Assembly: GCA_049999805.1 (NCBI GenBank)
Contig: JBNGIO010006163.1
Coordinates: forward strand, 126,107-150,159
From: Folioceros fuciformis
Lineage: Eukaryota
DNA length: 24,053 nucleotides
Direction of reading: 5' to 3'
In this document: one piece after another, positions 1 through 13,186 of the stretch
Numbering within the stretch: position 1 is the first letter of the stretch
How the letters are laid out: each line of letters starts with the position of its first letter
Program-made: the position numbers and the translations under genes
The notes under the pieces: model-generated
What the model was told of the DNA's origin: nothing
What the model saw: the letters and a program-made list of their open reading frames with translations, nothing else
Database searches by the model: none

Positions 1-3000
1 AGTAGTCAAATACAGTGCCTGTCACAGGATACCTGCATACACCTTCTAACGTCAGGCAGCAAGTTGCTGATATAGAGCGAACGCCTGAACTGTTGGTCTA
101 AGAAATTCTAAAATCACTGGAAGCGTTGACACATGGGTCCTTGATCTCCAAACACATGCTCCCTCGTGACACTAAAAATGTGGATGCAACTCTGTGATGT
201 CCTTGTTACATTGATCTGTTCACACATAAGTTGATGCACGGCTACCAACCTGGAGTCATAGTCTCTTATGAATATGTCAAATGTTTTTCGCCCTTCTTCA
301 TCAACACTCGCCCCAATGGACCAAGTCAAGCAAAATAAAAACCATGTCTCTATCATTGGAATGTATTGGTCCCCTTCGGAGGGATGCACCCCATTTTCAG
401 CTGTTGCCAAAGAATCGAAAAGCTTGGTGAAGGTTATAACGCTGTTAAGATGATCAATTGGCACAATCTCCTTGCACTTGGTCCGTCGCACAATTGCAGC
501 CGCATCAACATATCTCAACAGAAGTTTTCGTAACTCTCTCAACAGGATCTGAGAAACAGTTGAAGAAGTACTGTAAGTGTGTTTGGCACATGCACCTGGT
601 GCAACTGAAAAGTTAGCTGGAAAAGCTAAGCTCTGTCAGTCAACCAAGAGGGAGTTCCGAAATTGGCAACCAGAAGAGCTTTGCCTAGTTGGACTCAGAT
701 CAATGACAGAAATTGTATGACAGTCTTTTCGATTGACTACCGGATCTGCAGCAGCTGCCACCTTCCGCTGAAGCCAGGACTCTACATACGGCCACCATCC
801 TAGCTCCTCAACATTGAGATATATCATACCTGCACGACTGACTGTTGCCGGCGACGCTTGTGACAGGTCTTCAACTTCAAACAATAACGAGACCTGCAAA
901 TGAACAGGGTCAATCAGATACCACATCTCAGGAGAGGAGAGCTTCAATCTTTTTAGTCACGAGGAAGTAGTTGCGTGCCTGAAGGGGCATAGAGATACGT
1001 TCTCCATTCAGCAGGGTTAAGATTTTGTTATCATCCAGAAGTGTATTCATCGACTCAATCCACAGTGTATCCACAGGCCCGTCAAAAAGAATCCATTTGT
1101 TGTCCAAACCTTCATCGTTGCAAACTATTCTCATTATGTGTGACAGGACACCGTCTGTCCACTCGTTTGTGAGCTTACTATATGCACCATAGATTTCATC
1201 GTTAGATAAGGCAAGGGAGTTCATTATGTAGACATGCACATGCTCCCATTCTTCGACTAGCTGGTCTTTAAGATGGCCTTGAGCACGTGAGAGAGCCTTC
1301 CATGCCTCAGTTTTCCCTGAGCCAGTCTTACCGACCAACATATTACCATGCCTTGCCACCATGCAGTCATACACCTGGGAGGAAAAACGCAAACATCAGC
1401 TCCTCTCCTGCCAGAACTCGAGAACACATATTAGCTCCCAATTCGCTGCTCACAGCAGCGTACCTGGATGCACTTTATAATAAACGCATCCACCACCTGC
1501 AATCCGTGAGCAGTGAGCACATGCCGGAGAGCCCCCTTCAGCACTTCGGCTTCCTTTGCAGCCAACTCAAGACCAGGGAACAAGTCTGAGAGTAAGGCGT
1601 TGAACAGGGGAATGTCTTGGAACACAAGCTTTGGCATAATCAAATCTCGCATTGAGCGTTGAAGGATCACTTCCTCAGGAATATCAGGATCTATTCGCTT
1701 GACAGACCCCGCCATTCGGGCAATTGGGATAACGAAGGAGCGAAGACCATAATCATAGTGATCTTGTTTGGACAGTTGCCGTTGTGAGAGCTCCATCACA
1801 GCAATCAACTTCTTTGCAAGAACCTGTACAAGGTACGCATACGCTATACATGAACATTACGCATATGCTATACATGAACATTTGACAGCATAAAAGACAT
1901 ACAAAAAAGCTCTGTGCTAGAGATGTATGTCCACACCTTAGCAGTCTGAAATCCTTCACTGAAAAGCATGTTTTCCCCAATCAAGCTGAAATCAGGAAGC
2001 ATCATAGACACCGGCCTCAACATTGCTTTTAAATTTTCAGGCAACTCACTTCGTCCGGCATAACCAGGATTCATGGTGACAAAGATACCACAGGTCCGGA
2101 TGAGACGTATCTCAACTCCCTCAAAGACAAAGCGGTCAACTCCTGATTTAATACCAGCCATCACAGCAGCAATTTGGGAGGCTACCACAGATAAAACCTC
2201 AACCTCAATTCGATTGAACTCATCCAGACAAGTCCAAGCTCCAGTTTGGGCCAACCCAGAAAACATCTTTCCAGTCATTTTGTAATCCACTCCGTCAGAA
2301 CAATTGAACACAATAACGTACCTACATCATTTTTGCATCATACAATTCACATCATTTAACAATTTGCAATCAGCACCATGCAAAATTATAGTTTCTCCAG
2401 AAAATGGAAACTTTGAATGGGCTCAAACCTTGCAAGGGCCTTCCCAAAGTCTTTCACCGTCTCTGTTTTCCCAGTCCCTGCAGGTCCTAACGGGTTCCCT
2501 CCTCGGCGCGTGAAGAGGGCAGCACCCAGCGTGATGTAACATCTATCTGTAAGAGGTGTTATCACAAGTCGTCCATTGTTGCCCTGATACTCATATCCAT
2601 AGGAAAAGATAGAAAGCACCTGTTGAGCATACAACCACAGCGAATTTGACCCTTATCCTCGTGCACACCCAAAATTTTTCATGCACTGCAAGAAAAAAAC
2701 CAGGAAAAGCCCATGTAACAGCTAAGGTAGCAGTCTGAAGCAAGAACCTGGTTCCTGTTACCTGCTTGATTACGCAGTCTTCCTTTTCCCAGTAGAACCT
2801 TAGCTGGGATGACCACTCAAAGTCAGTGGCCGCACTGCAGCCCACTTTTATGAGTTTCTCAATCACATCTCGAGAGTGCACCTCTATTGTGATCAGAGCT
2901 GTCTGTGGAGACAACAAACAATTTGAACACAAACAATTTGCAAAACACACAAACAAGGCGGTCCTGCACTGTTGTACACAATTCTTACAAGCAGTCTTGC

Positions 3001-6000
3001 ATATTGGACCAAAAAAAAAAAAAACTCACGGTTTTATTCCGGTCCATCTTTGAAAGCTTAGTCCTTGTCATATCCGTGAGCTTGTTTAGGTAACTTATCC
3101 ACTTTTTGAATACTTTCTTGCATGCCGCTTTGCTGGTATCCGTCCCATTCAAAGCTTTTTCACACTCAGCGGTCCATTTGATCTGCCCTGCACTGTCAAC
3201 ATGTGATGTTAGCAGAATCCTTTGTTACCTCCCAGATATTACGGGTTCTCAGAACAATGAAACTTAAAACAATGCCTGACAAAAGGCTACCCCTCTTGTG
3301 ACTAGCTGTGTTCACACTAACCTTATCACGCACTGTCCAGCATTCTCTTTAACCCACTTGTCTTTCTTTGCTTGCTTGCTTTCTTCTAGTGCTTTTGCAA
3401 GATGAACCTTAAGTGTTACTCGCATTGCAACTTCGATCTACAAAAAGAAGAAAGCTCATGACATATCAAGCACCTTCAAGTGATACTTAGTAGGCAGGTG
3501 AGCCAGATGATAAGAGAACAGTTAAAAAATAACACAATCGATCAGCTGAGCTTATCTGCAAGCATAGCTACCTTTACTAGCCATTCCTCTGGCCTTGTAT
3601 CCAGGACTTGAGTAGTCTGAAAGGGAAGGTATTCCCCATCTGGAGAGAATATCCCAGACGCTTCATAGTGTTGGCGACCATCTGTACCAGGTATTTGCAT
3701 CTCCAATCGTTTAATTCCTTCAAAACACTTTTTTAGGTGGGGCTGCAAATCATACAAACGGTGTCAGCCTCCGGTGTATAACATGACCCTTGTCAATGCG
3801 CTCAAGTATTGACAAGAGAGTTGTTATGATGATAGCTACAATCTTACCTGGACATTTCGCGGGTCTTTTGCCTGACCAAGAATCTCCAGAAGATTGTCGC
3901 TGGACAGGAAGTAGAATCTTGGGAATTGCTGCCGTTTCTGCTCCAGGTAGTCCTCCAAGGATTTTTGAATCTTTTCAAGCTTTTTATCCATCTCAATGAA
4001 AATGTCAAGCAGATAAGGAATCTCTGTTGCCTTCAAGGCATTTCTGATCTCCTGTTTAGACAAATTTGAATGAGATTTCCGACTGGTCAATTCAAATCGC
4101 CATGAAACCTCCACCCTGCTTGATGGAAGCACTCACATATACTTGACGCATGTATGTAGTGAAGCTTTCATTCACTGCATCAAAACTTGCAGTTTCTACA
4201 GGCAGCTGTTTCCGGATATCCTCAGAACCAACAAATATATTTTCCAAATAAGTCCATGTCCGTTGAACCTGTAAGTCACAAGCACAGTCATGTACTCTCT
4301 GCTTAGGCTTGACTCTCCACCACAACAACTTCCCTTTCAATGACTGCTCAAGCCAAAAAATCACCTGGGTGATCATTTCTATTGTCTCCGAAACAAGACT
4401 TAATTTTTTTTCCCAGATGTTGATGTCATGTGCAAAGTGCAGATGAAAACGATTAGACTTCATTGAGGACAGCACCACCCTATTGTCTTCCAGCACCACA
4501 AATATGTCTTCAGTTCCCCTAATCTTATAAACCTGCACAAATTTAGTGCATACGATGCTTATTGTCAAAGTGACATCTGGATATCATCCGCCAATAAGAG
4601 AAAGACAAGCCAAAGGCATATTACCCTGGACAAAAATCGAGGAGAGTCAAAACTGCCGGTATTACCATGGCTGAACACCCAGACATCCTACATACCTGCT
4701 TCTCTGGAACCATGTCAAGATCAAGACTCTGCCAATTTTCTTTTATCTTGTTCAGGGCTTCCTCAATAGCCAATTCCTTGCTTGCAGCCACGCTCAAGTC
4801 ACAGATTGTGGCAACATGCAGATCCAACCGAAGCTCCGCCACCTGTTACCAGGCACATTAGCAATAAGCGTCTCCCATCCACCATAATAGCTTAACAACC
4901 TCACAAACAACCTTAACAACCGTCTTCCCAGACCTTTGCAAGAGTGAAAGAGCTCGATGTGGGATCAAACACGTGCCCAACATGATCTTGTAACTGTTTC
5001 CAGTGGCGCTCACGCATTGCAGGGTTTCTCAGATCCACTGTAAGAGGCAAGGTAGCTTTAAATGAGTCGATGGATTCCTTGAGATCAACCCACACGGGCC
5101 ACCTGTGATACAGTGTGACTGGAATGTGTTAAGAAGGTCCAACGCAGAAGTTCTGTCACTTGGGCAGCAGTCATCTGAGGGCACTTACGTCTTTGTGTCA
5201 CGCCCAATCTTGAAGACACGCTTGCTGAACTGTGCAGCAGAGGACTCCATGGAATCTACATCAAGCTCGCTGAACAGACCATCTTTCCAGCTATCAAACG
5301 CATCATGCCATTCTTTTTTTACAGTCCACATGTTCCGTATAATTTCCAGATCCTTAAGTGTCTGAGCATTCTCTTTGTACATCAACTTCTCCATTCCGAA
5401 AAGACTCATTCCAGCCCAAACATCAGCACCTCGCCTTTGGAAGGCTTCAATCTGAGGGTCACACATGTGAGGACTAACACATTAGTGTGATATCGAGACC
5501 AACAGCAGCCCATCGCAGACCCCTGATACTACAAAACAACGAAGCCAGGAATTTGGCATAGACTTCCTGCCTTAGCAGCTTCCTCCTCAACGAACTTCAA
5601 CGCATCAGCTACAGATGTCGCATTTGTCATAGGGACCCGTTCCACAAATCGGGCACGTGTCTCCACCATCTATGTCATTCCGAAGGCATCACATAAGGCA
5701 ACCAAAGCAGCAGCGACAATGTATTCCCCTGTGGCACCAGAAAACCACTTTACACACAACGTGATTTCCTGTACCTCTGCGGTGAAAACCTCCACAATCT
5801 TGGTCAGTGTGTCATGGAACTGTTGCTTTGACTCTTCAAGCTTCTTCTCAACATCTTTCAGCATCTGTTGGAAGGCATCCCACTGCTTGGGCAGATTTTC
5901 CAGTTGTAGCTTCTCGTCATCTGCTACGGATACCTGAAGAATATCAACGACCCTCAGCATCTGGATAGGCCAACTGGATTACTACGCTGCAGATCTGCAC

Positions 6001-9000
6001 TCCTACTCCACTAGGATGATGGCAAGTCTGACCTCAAATCTCGCAAGCGCTCTGTATTTTTCCTGCAGTGGCTCAAATCGTGCTTGTACAACAGGGCACT
6101 CCTCCACAACAAGCTCCCATTTCTTGTTGGTATCCGTCAGCATGTCCAGATTCTCTGGTGGGATGTTGAGCTCCTCTGTGTGTCTGAATTGCAAGACAGG
6201 AAGATGCATTGTCATTCAATAGACAAATACGGGGAAAAAATATCGAATGAACCACTGCCAGAAACAGCAAAGCGGGATAGAAAGCTCAAAATGGCGCACT
6301 TTGCTAGATATGCATTAATAGAGTCCAGCTCTGTCTTGGCCACAGCATTCAACAGAGTCCTGAGGACAGAACACACAGTTCCCTTTCATTAGTTCAGTAC
6401 ACCTTGATGGTATCAGAAGGCCATGAAACTGCCAGAGTCCCCCTACGTGAACTTAAGCACCCATCCTTCACAGTGTGCTATAACAGCCTGCTTGAGGGGT
6501 CCACAGTCTACTCTTAAGAACCGCAAATTTGTTATCGTTTCCTCAGCCTACACAAGTCAACACAAACACCAATAGGTGCCCTTGATTAAACACAGCCCGA
6601 GTGAGATCCCTCACACACTACACCATTGCGAGGCCAAAGTGCCCCACAACATGCGTGTCATGCTCCCTGACAACAAAGGGTTAACCGCTGACCTGTACGT
6701 CGTCCTGCAGGTCACGATATTTGATAATATCACTCTCAAATGCAGAAAGGGGCTTCTTTGCCTTCTCATATCTGAAAGAATGAGAATCCTATCACGTGAG
6801 AAATACAAAGCACCAAATATATAACCTTCAACCGTGACATATGGTTGAGCCCGGCCTAGTCACCTTCTTATATATGCTTCCTTATCCTGGTCCCAAACAC
6901 TCTTGTACTTCTTCTCCCAGTACTGTAAGAACTGTTGCACTCTATCGACTATACCCAAAACACCCTGCGTGATCATCATATGTGTTGTCTCTTGATCAAC
7001 GGCAATTGTCTGCAAAAACACCAGTAGGAGATCATACACCTTCGTCCAGCATGAACAAGCGAATATGATCTTGCAGATTATATGCGCTGCCTACATCAGG
7101 CTCACCTCATAAAAACTTGGCAATCTGTTTGCCTGAAATCCTGGAAGCAATGCAGCCTGACCAATTGGCTCATCATGAGCTGCTGTCTCCGGTACAGCAA
7201 CTGGTTCTTTCCTCAGACGTGGCACCACTGTTATGACAGTTACCAACTCCCTTCCAACAAACTGAACAACTCCAAGGATTTCCTGGGCATTGCGCAAACA
7301 GATGGAAGGGTCATACCGCCGTAACTTTTGAGCCTTTCATGTACTGTTTCCAGAAAAGCGTTCCATAAAGACGTTTGAATTGAGCAGACCTGAACATTAG
7401 GCGTGAGCTGTACATGACCAGATGCCTTATCTAGCATTGCCACTGTATTAAATAACGGTGAAATCGTTTTCGATTCAGAATTAACTGAGTGAGTGAGAAC
7501 CTCTAAGGATCTCGTGACTGTGTTCCGCAGGGCAACTTCCAATTTCTCTTCAACCTGACAATCACTTCAACATTACACCCAAAATATTGTAGAGCCAGCC
7601 CTCTGGTGTCCATCATTGTTTGCTTCCAAGACGTTCTTCCAACATAGCTGAGTCATGACGAGCAGTGTTGTCCCTCTACTTCAAACTACACTGGACTGTG
7701 GACATCGTGTAAAGTATACCTGACTTCGATATATTTCCCACTTGTTGTGCACTTCTTCCAAATCACTCGGGCATTTTGCGTATGCAATATCTATGATATC
7801 CTTGATTGTGGTATACGCTTTCTCAAGCCGTTTCATCATTGTGGCTCTATATTCCTCCTGCTTTGTGTCAAATTCCTTGATGTCATAGATCCGTTTCCTT
7901 TGCAGACTGATTAGCCAAGACTCCCCAATTTGATTACAGATATTTGTTATCTTTTTGCCTGCAAGCTTAACATGTGCGACAGTCTCCTCCAGGATGAAGC
8001 AGTTCCGGTGCACGAGCTTCAAGTACTGCGCTAACTCTGAGGAGTTTGCTAGCCAGTTCAGCTAACGACACACAACACAGTCAAAATAAGGTCACACAAT
8101 TGTACAGCCCCACATCCCAGACGAACATATGTCAGCATATGGACAGCAATGCCATGCTCGCAGAAAGACATGTTTGCAGTACTCTTCAGATTGCCCAGAC
8201 GGAAAGCTATTAAGCAAATGGCCCAGTCCCTTGCTAGTATGTGAGATGATTCATACTCTGTCCAAACCAGGGTGGATGCAGTTTTCAAGCTGATTGACCC
8301 GGTCCGCTACAAGTCCCTTCATTTCTGGCTCCAAACTTGCTATTAACTGAAACCAAATGCCAAACCAGACTCAGTAGATCGCTGAAACCGCAAGTGGTGT
8401 CCTCAACATAACATCAGGCGATGGCAGTTCCATGGCGAAAGCAAGAGAACTGGCCCACATTTTACATCCTCAGACGTAGGATTACATATGGATGACCGAA
8501 TTTGACAGTAAGAACCTTGTTATGCTCACGGGTGGCCACAACAATCTCTGCTCTCAATACTCTCAGCACCTCATAACCTTCTAAAGTTTCAGAAGCAATT
8601 GGCGGGATGTCCCACCCAAGGTTTCTCCAGTAGTGCACCTACAGTAACATGCCAACGCAGAGATATTCAGAGTGCCGCTCTGCCATCACTACATGACCAC
8701 AAGCTTGTCATGTCAAGAATAGGAAGGACTCCCCAAGCTGACCTCATGGAACAGAGTTTGCAGCGATGGATCAAATCTGACGACCAAGCCATCGCCACCA
8801 TCATCAAGTAGCGTCTTTTCAAGCTTCTTCTTCGAGTGTGCATCAATGTGACTGCTCCATTCTTGGTGCTGACTTTGAATAAACTGAAAGCAAACGAAAT
8901 CTGGTCTTTCAGGGCAAGCACATAGATGGATATCTTATGACAACCATATTCTTCAATTTAAGAAAGGTACATGAGTTCCCCCTGTCCATAGCTTTACGTC

Positions 9001-12000
9001 AAATATTAATAACTAATATTGTTGAGCCTAGTCGAGGACTGCTGGAAGAGGTACCTGCTCAATAGATGAGATGATTTGAGAATATTGAAGCATTATCTCA
9101 CATGCCTCAGGCGCTTCGAGCAAATAGGGGGCAGCATTTAACAACAGCTGCATTGGTCGATTCATCCTGCTCTTAAAATGGAGAGCCCACATGGCAGAGC
9201 CGGCAAATCGTGGAAATGAGTAATCCAACAAGGGCCTTCGACGAAGCTGATCAAATTGCTTCTTCAATATGTTCAGCTCAGAGCTGAATGCAACACACAC
9301 CTGCAAAACCAGCAGCATGCCTGCAATTGAGTCCACGATGGTACGGAAGAAACAAGGACAGCTTGACATCTATTATGGCCAGCTGCAAGTTCTGTAAAAG
9401 TTACAGGTTCACAAACATCACTTGCGACGCCATTTGAGAAACACAATCAACAATAGGCTGTCGGCAGGCCATAAGTTTGAAGCCCTCCAACAACTCAATA
9501 CTCTCGGCCAGTGAAGAAGCATGACGAAATGCCATAAACATCACATTTTGTGTCATGACCTGTGAACATGTTGACAGGGGTCCTCTTAGCAACAACCCCT
9601 TCTTTTCCACAGATTGATTTCTCAGACCAGCCACATCCGGCAATTACCTCAAGGTCCTTGACATTTTCTTTGTACTCATGAAAATCATCATGCCAACGAG
9701 TCACCTTCACATCTAATAAACTGTACGATAAAGACCTCAACACAGAAACAAGTTTTTGAAAGGCTTCCTTCAACTCCAGAAGCGACTTGGTAATCTCAGG
9801 GCCACGTGTGCCTCCGAAAACTGGCAACTTGACCTTCAGTGAGTACTGACTTTGTCCATCGCAGACCTGGCAACATGTGTTGCGTAACAGATTATTACTC
9901 CTGATCCTGGCAGGCTTGGTTTTCTATTACTTAGACCTATCACTTTGCAGCCCTCAATATTCTACCTCTAGCATGTTAGCACATCTTTGTATAAAAGCTT
10001 CCACGGGTGCAAAAACACTTTTGCTTCCCCATTCTGCTAGCCCCTTGTCAGCAACCTTGGGCATAGTGTGCTCAGGTCTGGAGGCATCAATCGTTGAGCC
10101 TCGAATGGACAAGGTTAAGTCAGCCGAAACCTCCATCATTTCTGCATAAAGCCGCCTCCAGGCCTCACAAGCTTGAATGCTTTCCTGCAATGCAGTCCTG
10201 CACCTGTCTACTGTGCCTTCAAACATCTCCGTGAGCGGTATTCCCTGAGTGCAATGATTAATTATCTCATTGCTCACCTGCAGCAGCAGCAGTGAAGTTG
10301 GCCTTTGAGAGTACAAGAGAAGTTAACAAATCAGGGCCTGGAGCACTGTAGTTACCTTACAGAGAAGTCCTGTGACCTTTTCTGGAGTACTGAAATAGCT
10401 ACAAAGCTTCCATATCATCCGAATGCGCTGTAGCAGCTTCGGAAGTAAAAATGGCAGATCACGGATTTCTGATGACAATATTTCCCTACATGGCTCTTCC
10501 AAAAACACTAAGAACTTGAGATTCTCTTCGGCGACCACGGCCTCTTGTTCAATTTTTTTGGAAAGGCTCAAGAATGGCTCCAAGTAAGTGGACTTTTGCC
10601 GATCCAGTATAGTCAAGAGAGCAGCAACTCCCTGCATTGACATGGCCTTGGACATGACACACAATATGTTGCAAACATGAACAGGAAAGCTAGTGCAAGT
10701 CACCCAAGATCCATGACAAAAGGTGGATAGTACAGGAGTCATTTTCAGCTTACAGGACTATTAATCTGATCACGGATTCCACAAAGATCAGCACTGCGGC
10801 CACGCCAAAACTCCACTTCAGCTAGAGGGCCTGTAGATTCCCCATCTGAAAACCTTTCCTGATTTCTTACCACCTGCGCAGACCACTCATCCCTGTGTCA
10901 GACGATATCCATGCCCCAGGAGTTGTGGAACTATGGAAAACCATGGGCAGCTAGTAGAGCATTGAGCAGGCTGAAACCTCCTTGATTTGTCGTGTCCACC
11001 TTATGACAACTGATTCAACTCTCTGTGCCAAGTCTTTGTCTCTACTTTGACCACCTAAGGAGCCAATTAAGTTGACGGGAGGGATGTAGAGAACCGTCTT
11101 TCCCTTGGCCTCAAAGATGGACTCTGTCAAGCTGGCTAGAAACTTATCCAAGCCTGCTTTGAAGTCCTTTGTAACACTTACTTGCCAGCTCTCATTCTCT
11201 AGCATAACAGGTAGGTAGATAGTCTGCATCACACAGCATCACAATTCGTTTCCCATCATGCTAAACGAAATGAACTTGCCACATTCCTCTACTCCTTCCC
11301 GACAAGCACATCTTGCTGGGATAAATCCACTAGCAGCATTTCCCACCCATTTTTCAGCTTAACCGTACAGGCAGATGTAATATCAACCAAACCTGCATAA
11401 TTCGCAACATGCTGTGCCCAGGGCTACTGCGTAACACCTCACATTGTACCAGCTTATCCACATTATCCCCAGTGACAACTTGGGTTGGGTCCCGAATGAA
11501 TACGAGAACCTGCACACCCCATTCCGGTCGTCCCACGCAGCAAAAGATAAGAAACCTGAGCATGCCAAGAGAGGCCCTTGGCACTAAGCAGAGCATGAAG
11601 AGAGAGAGGGCTAGACCTCATCCCACTGAGGGGGAACCCCAGTAGTGCAAACAAGATCACCGTTTGCGTCCAAGAACGCAAACAGCCTCCCACAATCTGT
11701 GCTCTTGAAGAAATTAGACACAGCCTCATGATGGGCATCTTTCCAGGTGCCATCTGCGTTAATCATCACCAGCTGCCTTCGAAACCAGGCAATTTCCCTA
11801 GGCTCTTTGAGGTCATTTTCATCTGCTGCTAACTCTGCTGGACTTGCCTCCTCTGTTCTTACTACTAACTCGGAAGCTGTTTCTGCCAACTCCCCCTGTT
11901 CAGCAGGCTCTCTTTCGGTCACTTGCTCGGGCTCTCCCAATTTTCCGGCCTCCCCAACCTTTCCTGGTTCTTCTACATTTCCTGTCTCCTTCTGTTCCTG

Positions 12001-12030
12001 GGGCACCACAGCAGCCTCTGTTGTAGCCAT
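1..12030 (-). CDS. DHC10: Axonemal inner-arm dynein heavy chain, I1/f-beta type (DHC10/DNAH2 orthologue); multi-exon, 3'-partial (tail, linker, AAA1, AAA2)
   Basis: Hand-spliced, phase-consistent exons (- strand, 5' to 3'): 12030-11617, 11509-11393, 11223-10978, 10873-10754, 10631-10356, 10277-9966, 9866-9648, 9559-9422, 9300-9055, 8883-8743, 8638-8516, 8346-8257, 8061-7720, 7554-7390, 7282-7106, 7009-6864, 6771-6693, 6547-6447, 6359-6300, 6183-6033, 5933-5775, 5669-5571, 5451-5189, 5102-4934, 4842-4696, 4532-4365, 4268-4137, 4051-3848, 3742-3572, 3437-3322, 3192-3030, 2902-2762, 2619-2429, 2321-1937, 1823-1464, 1374-979, 893-741, 548-250, 32-<1. No internal stops. Dynein hallmarks: [137 protein letters not shown]. 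Subtype is from my recollection that [25 protein letters not shown] and [14 protein letters not shown] match Chlamydomonas DHC10; not database-checked. Confidence 0.95.
1309..1332 (-). other. Dynein AAA2 Walker A / P-loop (GKTGSGKT)
   Basis: Direct translation in exon 1374-979, followed by WILFDGPVD. Confidence 0.93.
1834..1881. repeat. 24-bp tandem duplication inside a dynein intron
   Basis: tacgcata(c/t)gctatacatgaacat twice (1834, 1858), one mismatch, within intron 1824-1936. Confidence 0.85.
2464..2487 (-). other. Dynein AAA1 Walker A / P-loop (GPAGTGKT)
   Basis: Direct translation in exon 2619-2429; Walker B (CLDEFNR) lies in the next exon. Confidence 0.95.
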
Positions 12031-13186
12031 CTCGGATCAGCAGCTCCAACAAAGATGACTGTCACATGTCCTCAGCTTCCACTTTCCACACTCCATTACC
12101 AAACCCAAATATTTGTGTGACCCCTCGGGCTGGGTCAGATCAAACTTCTGTCAACTCAGCTGCCTGCCACCAAATTCGAGGCATCCGCCAAAATCAACAC
12201 GATCTATCTGCAAGCAGCGAAGGGAGAAATTGCAATTCAATGACAGAGATGGACCCAAAACAACTCGTGAAACGTAAGAGCTGCACGATTTTATTTTCTG
12301 CATTATATCAAACAATTACAAAATGTGGCCTCGTGCACGCCATGGCACTTGCAGGGTGGAGTCCCGCCAAATCCACCAAATTCGGCATCCCACTCTCCTA
12401 GGAACTCTGAATCCCGCTACACATTACCCAGACAACTGCCTCCGGAAAACCTGTAACCTACACGAGAGCCACCAAGTCCGGTGCTCGGCTCACCCGCTCG
12501 CCACTAACGGTAAAACAGACGGCCCGTTCCTGACGCTCAGAAATCAGCATCAGGCACATGCTAATATTAAGATGAGAAATCATCTCTCGAGACCCCAACA
12601 TCCTCTGGCGGACAAAAATCGTGTACTGAAGTAATCCAACACAGGCAAGAGGATTACGCTCGGGAGTCTCCAGAGCCATCAGACCCATCGCAGGTACGGT
12701 TCATCGCAGATACACCTGAAATTTTGTGGGTACATCTTCTGTGTTTCTATGCTGCTACATAATGGCAAAGGGGAACAGAACGCTAACAGCTGGCACGGTC
12801 ACAGATTCGCAACGGTTGTCTAGGTACTCGGGATTTTTCTCTGTTCTTTTTTTCTTATCTTTTTTTTAGGGGGAGTGGGGGGAAGTGGGGCCGTATTTCC
12901 TACTTTTTCCTGGGCACTCATAGTCCTTCATCGAGGTGCTGCATGTAGGTGGAGGGATGGTTTGAGCAGAGGAGTGTGGATGTGGTGTGTCTCTGTGCCC
13001 AGGAGGCTTGTCTTCGTTGCCGACTGATCTGAGCTCTCTAAGCTTGGAGTACGTCCAACATGGAAGTTGGTGTGAAAGAGCCCATTAACCTGTTGGCGCA
13101 GCAAATATTAGCATGCCCTGTGAATGATCTATCGTTTTGTATTGTGGATTCATTCGATGTTGTGTCATGTGGTCGATGTGCTTGTC

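Noticed and set aside
8251..8256. Apparent premature stops in dynein (PGLDRV*; also LKFT* near 6445), suggesting a pseudogene
   Set aside because: Both lie just inside introns after canonical GT donors, and the next exons resume in the correct phase.
114..12120. Many short ORFs on both strands as separate genes
   Set aside because: The - strand ones are dynein exons running into introns, or alternative frames; the + strand ones are antisense shadows.
12815..12828. RFX X-box-like gttgtctaggtact in the dynein promoter
   Set aside because: Imperfect match, and RFX factors are not known in land plants.
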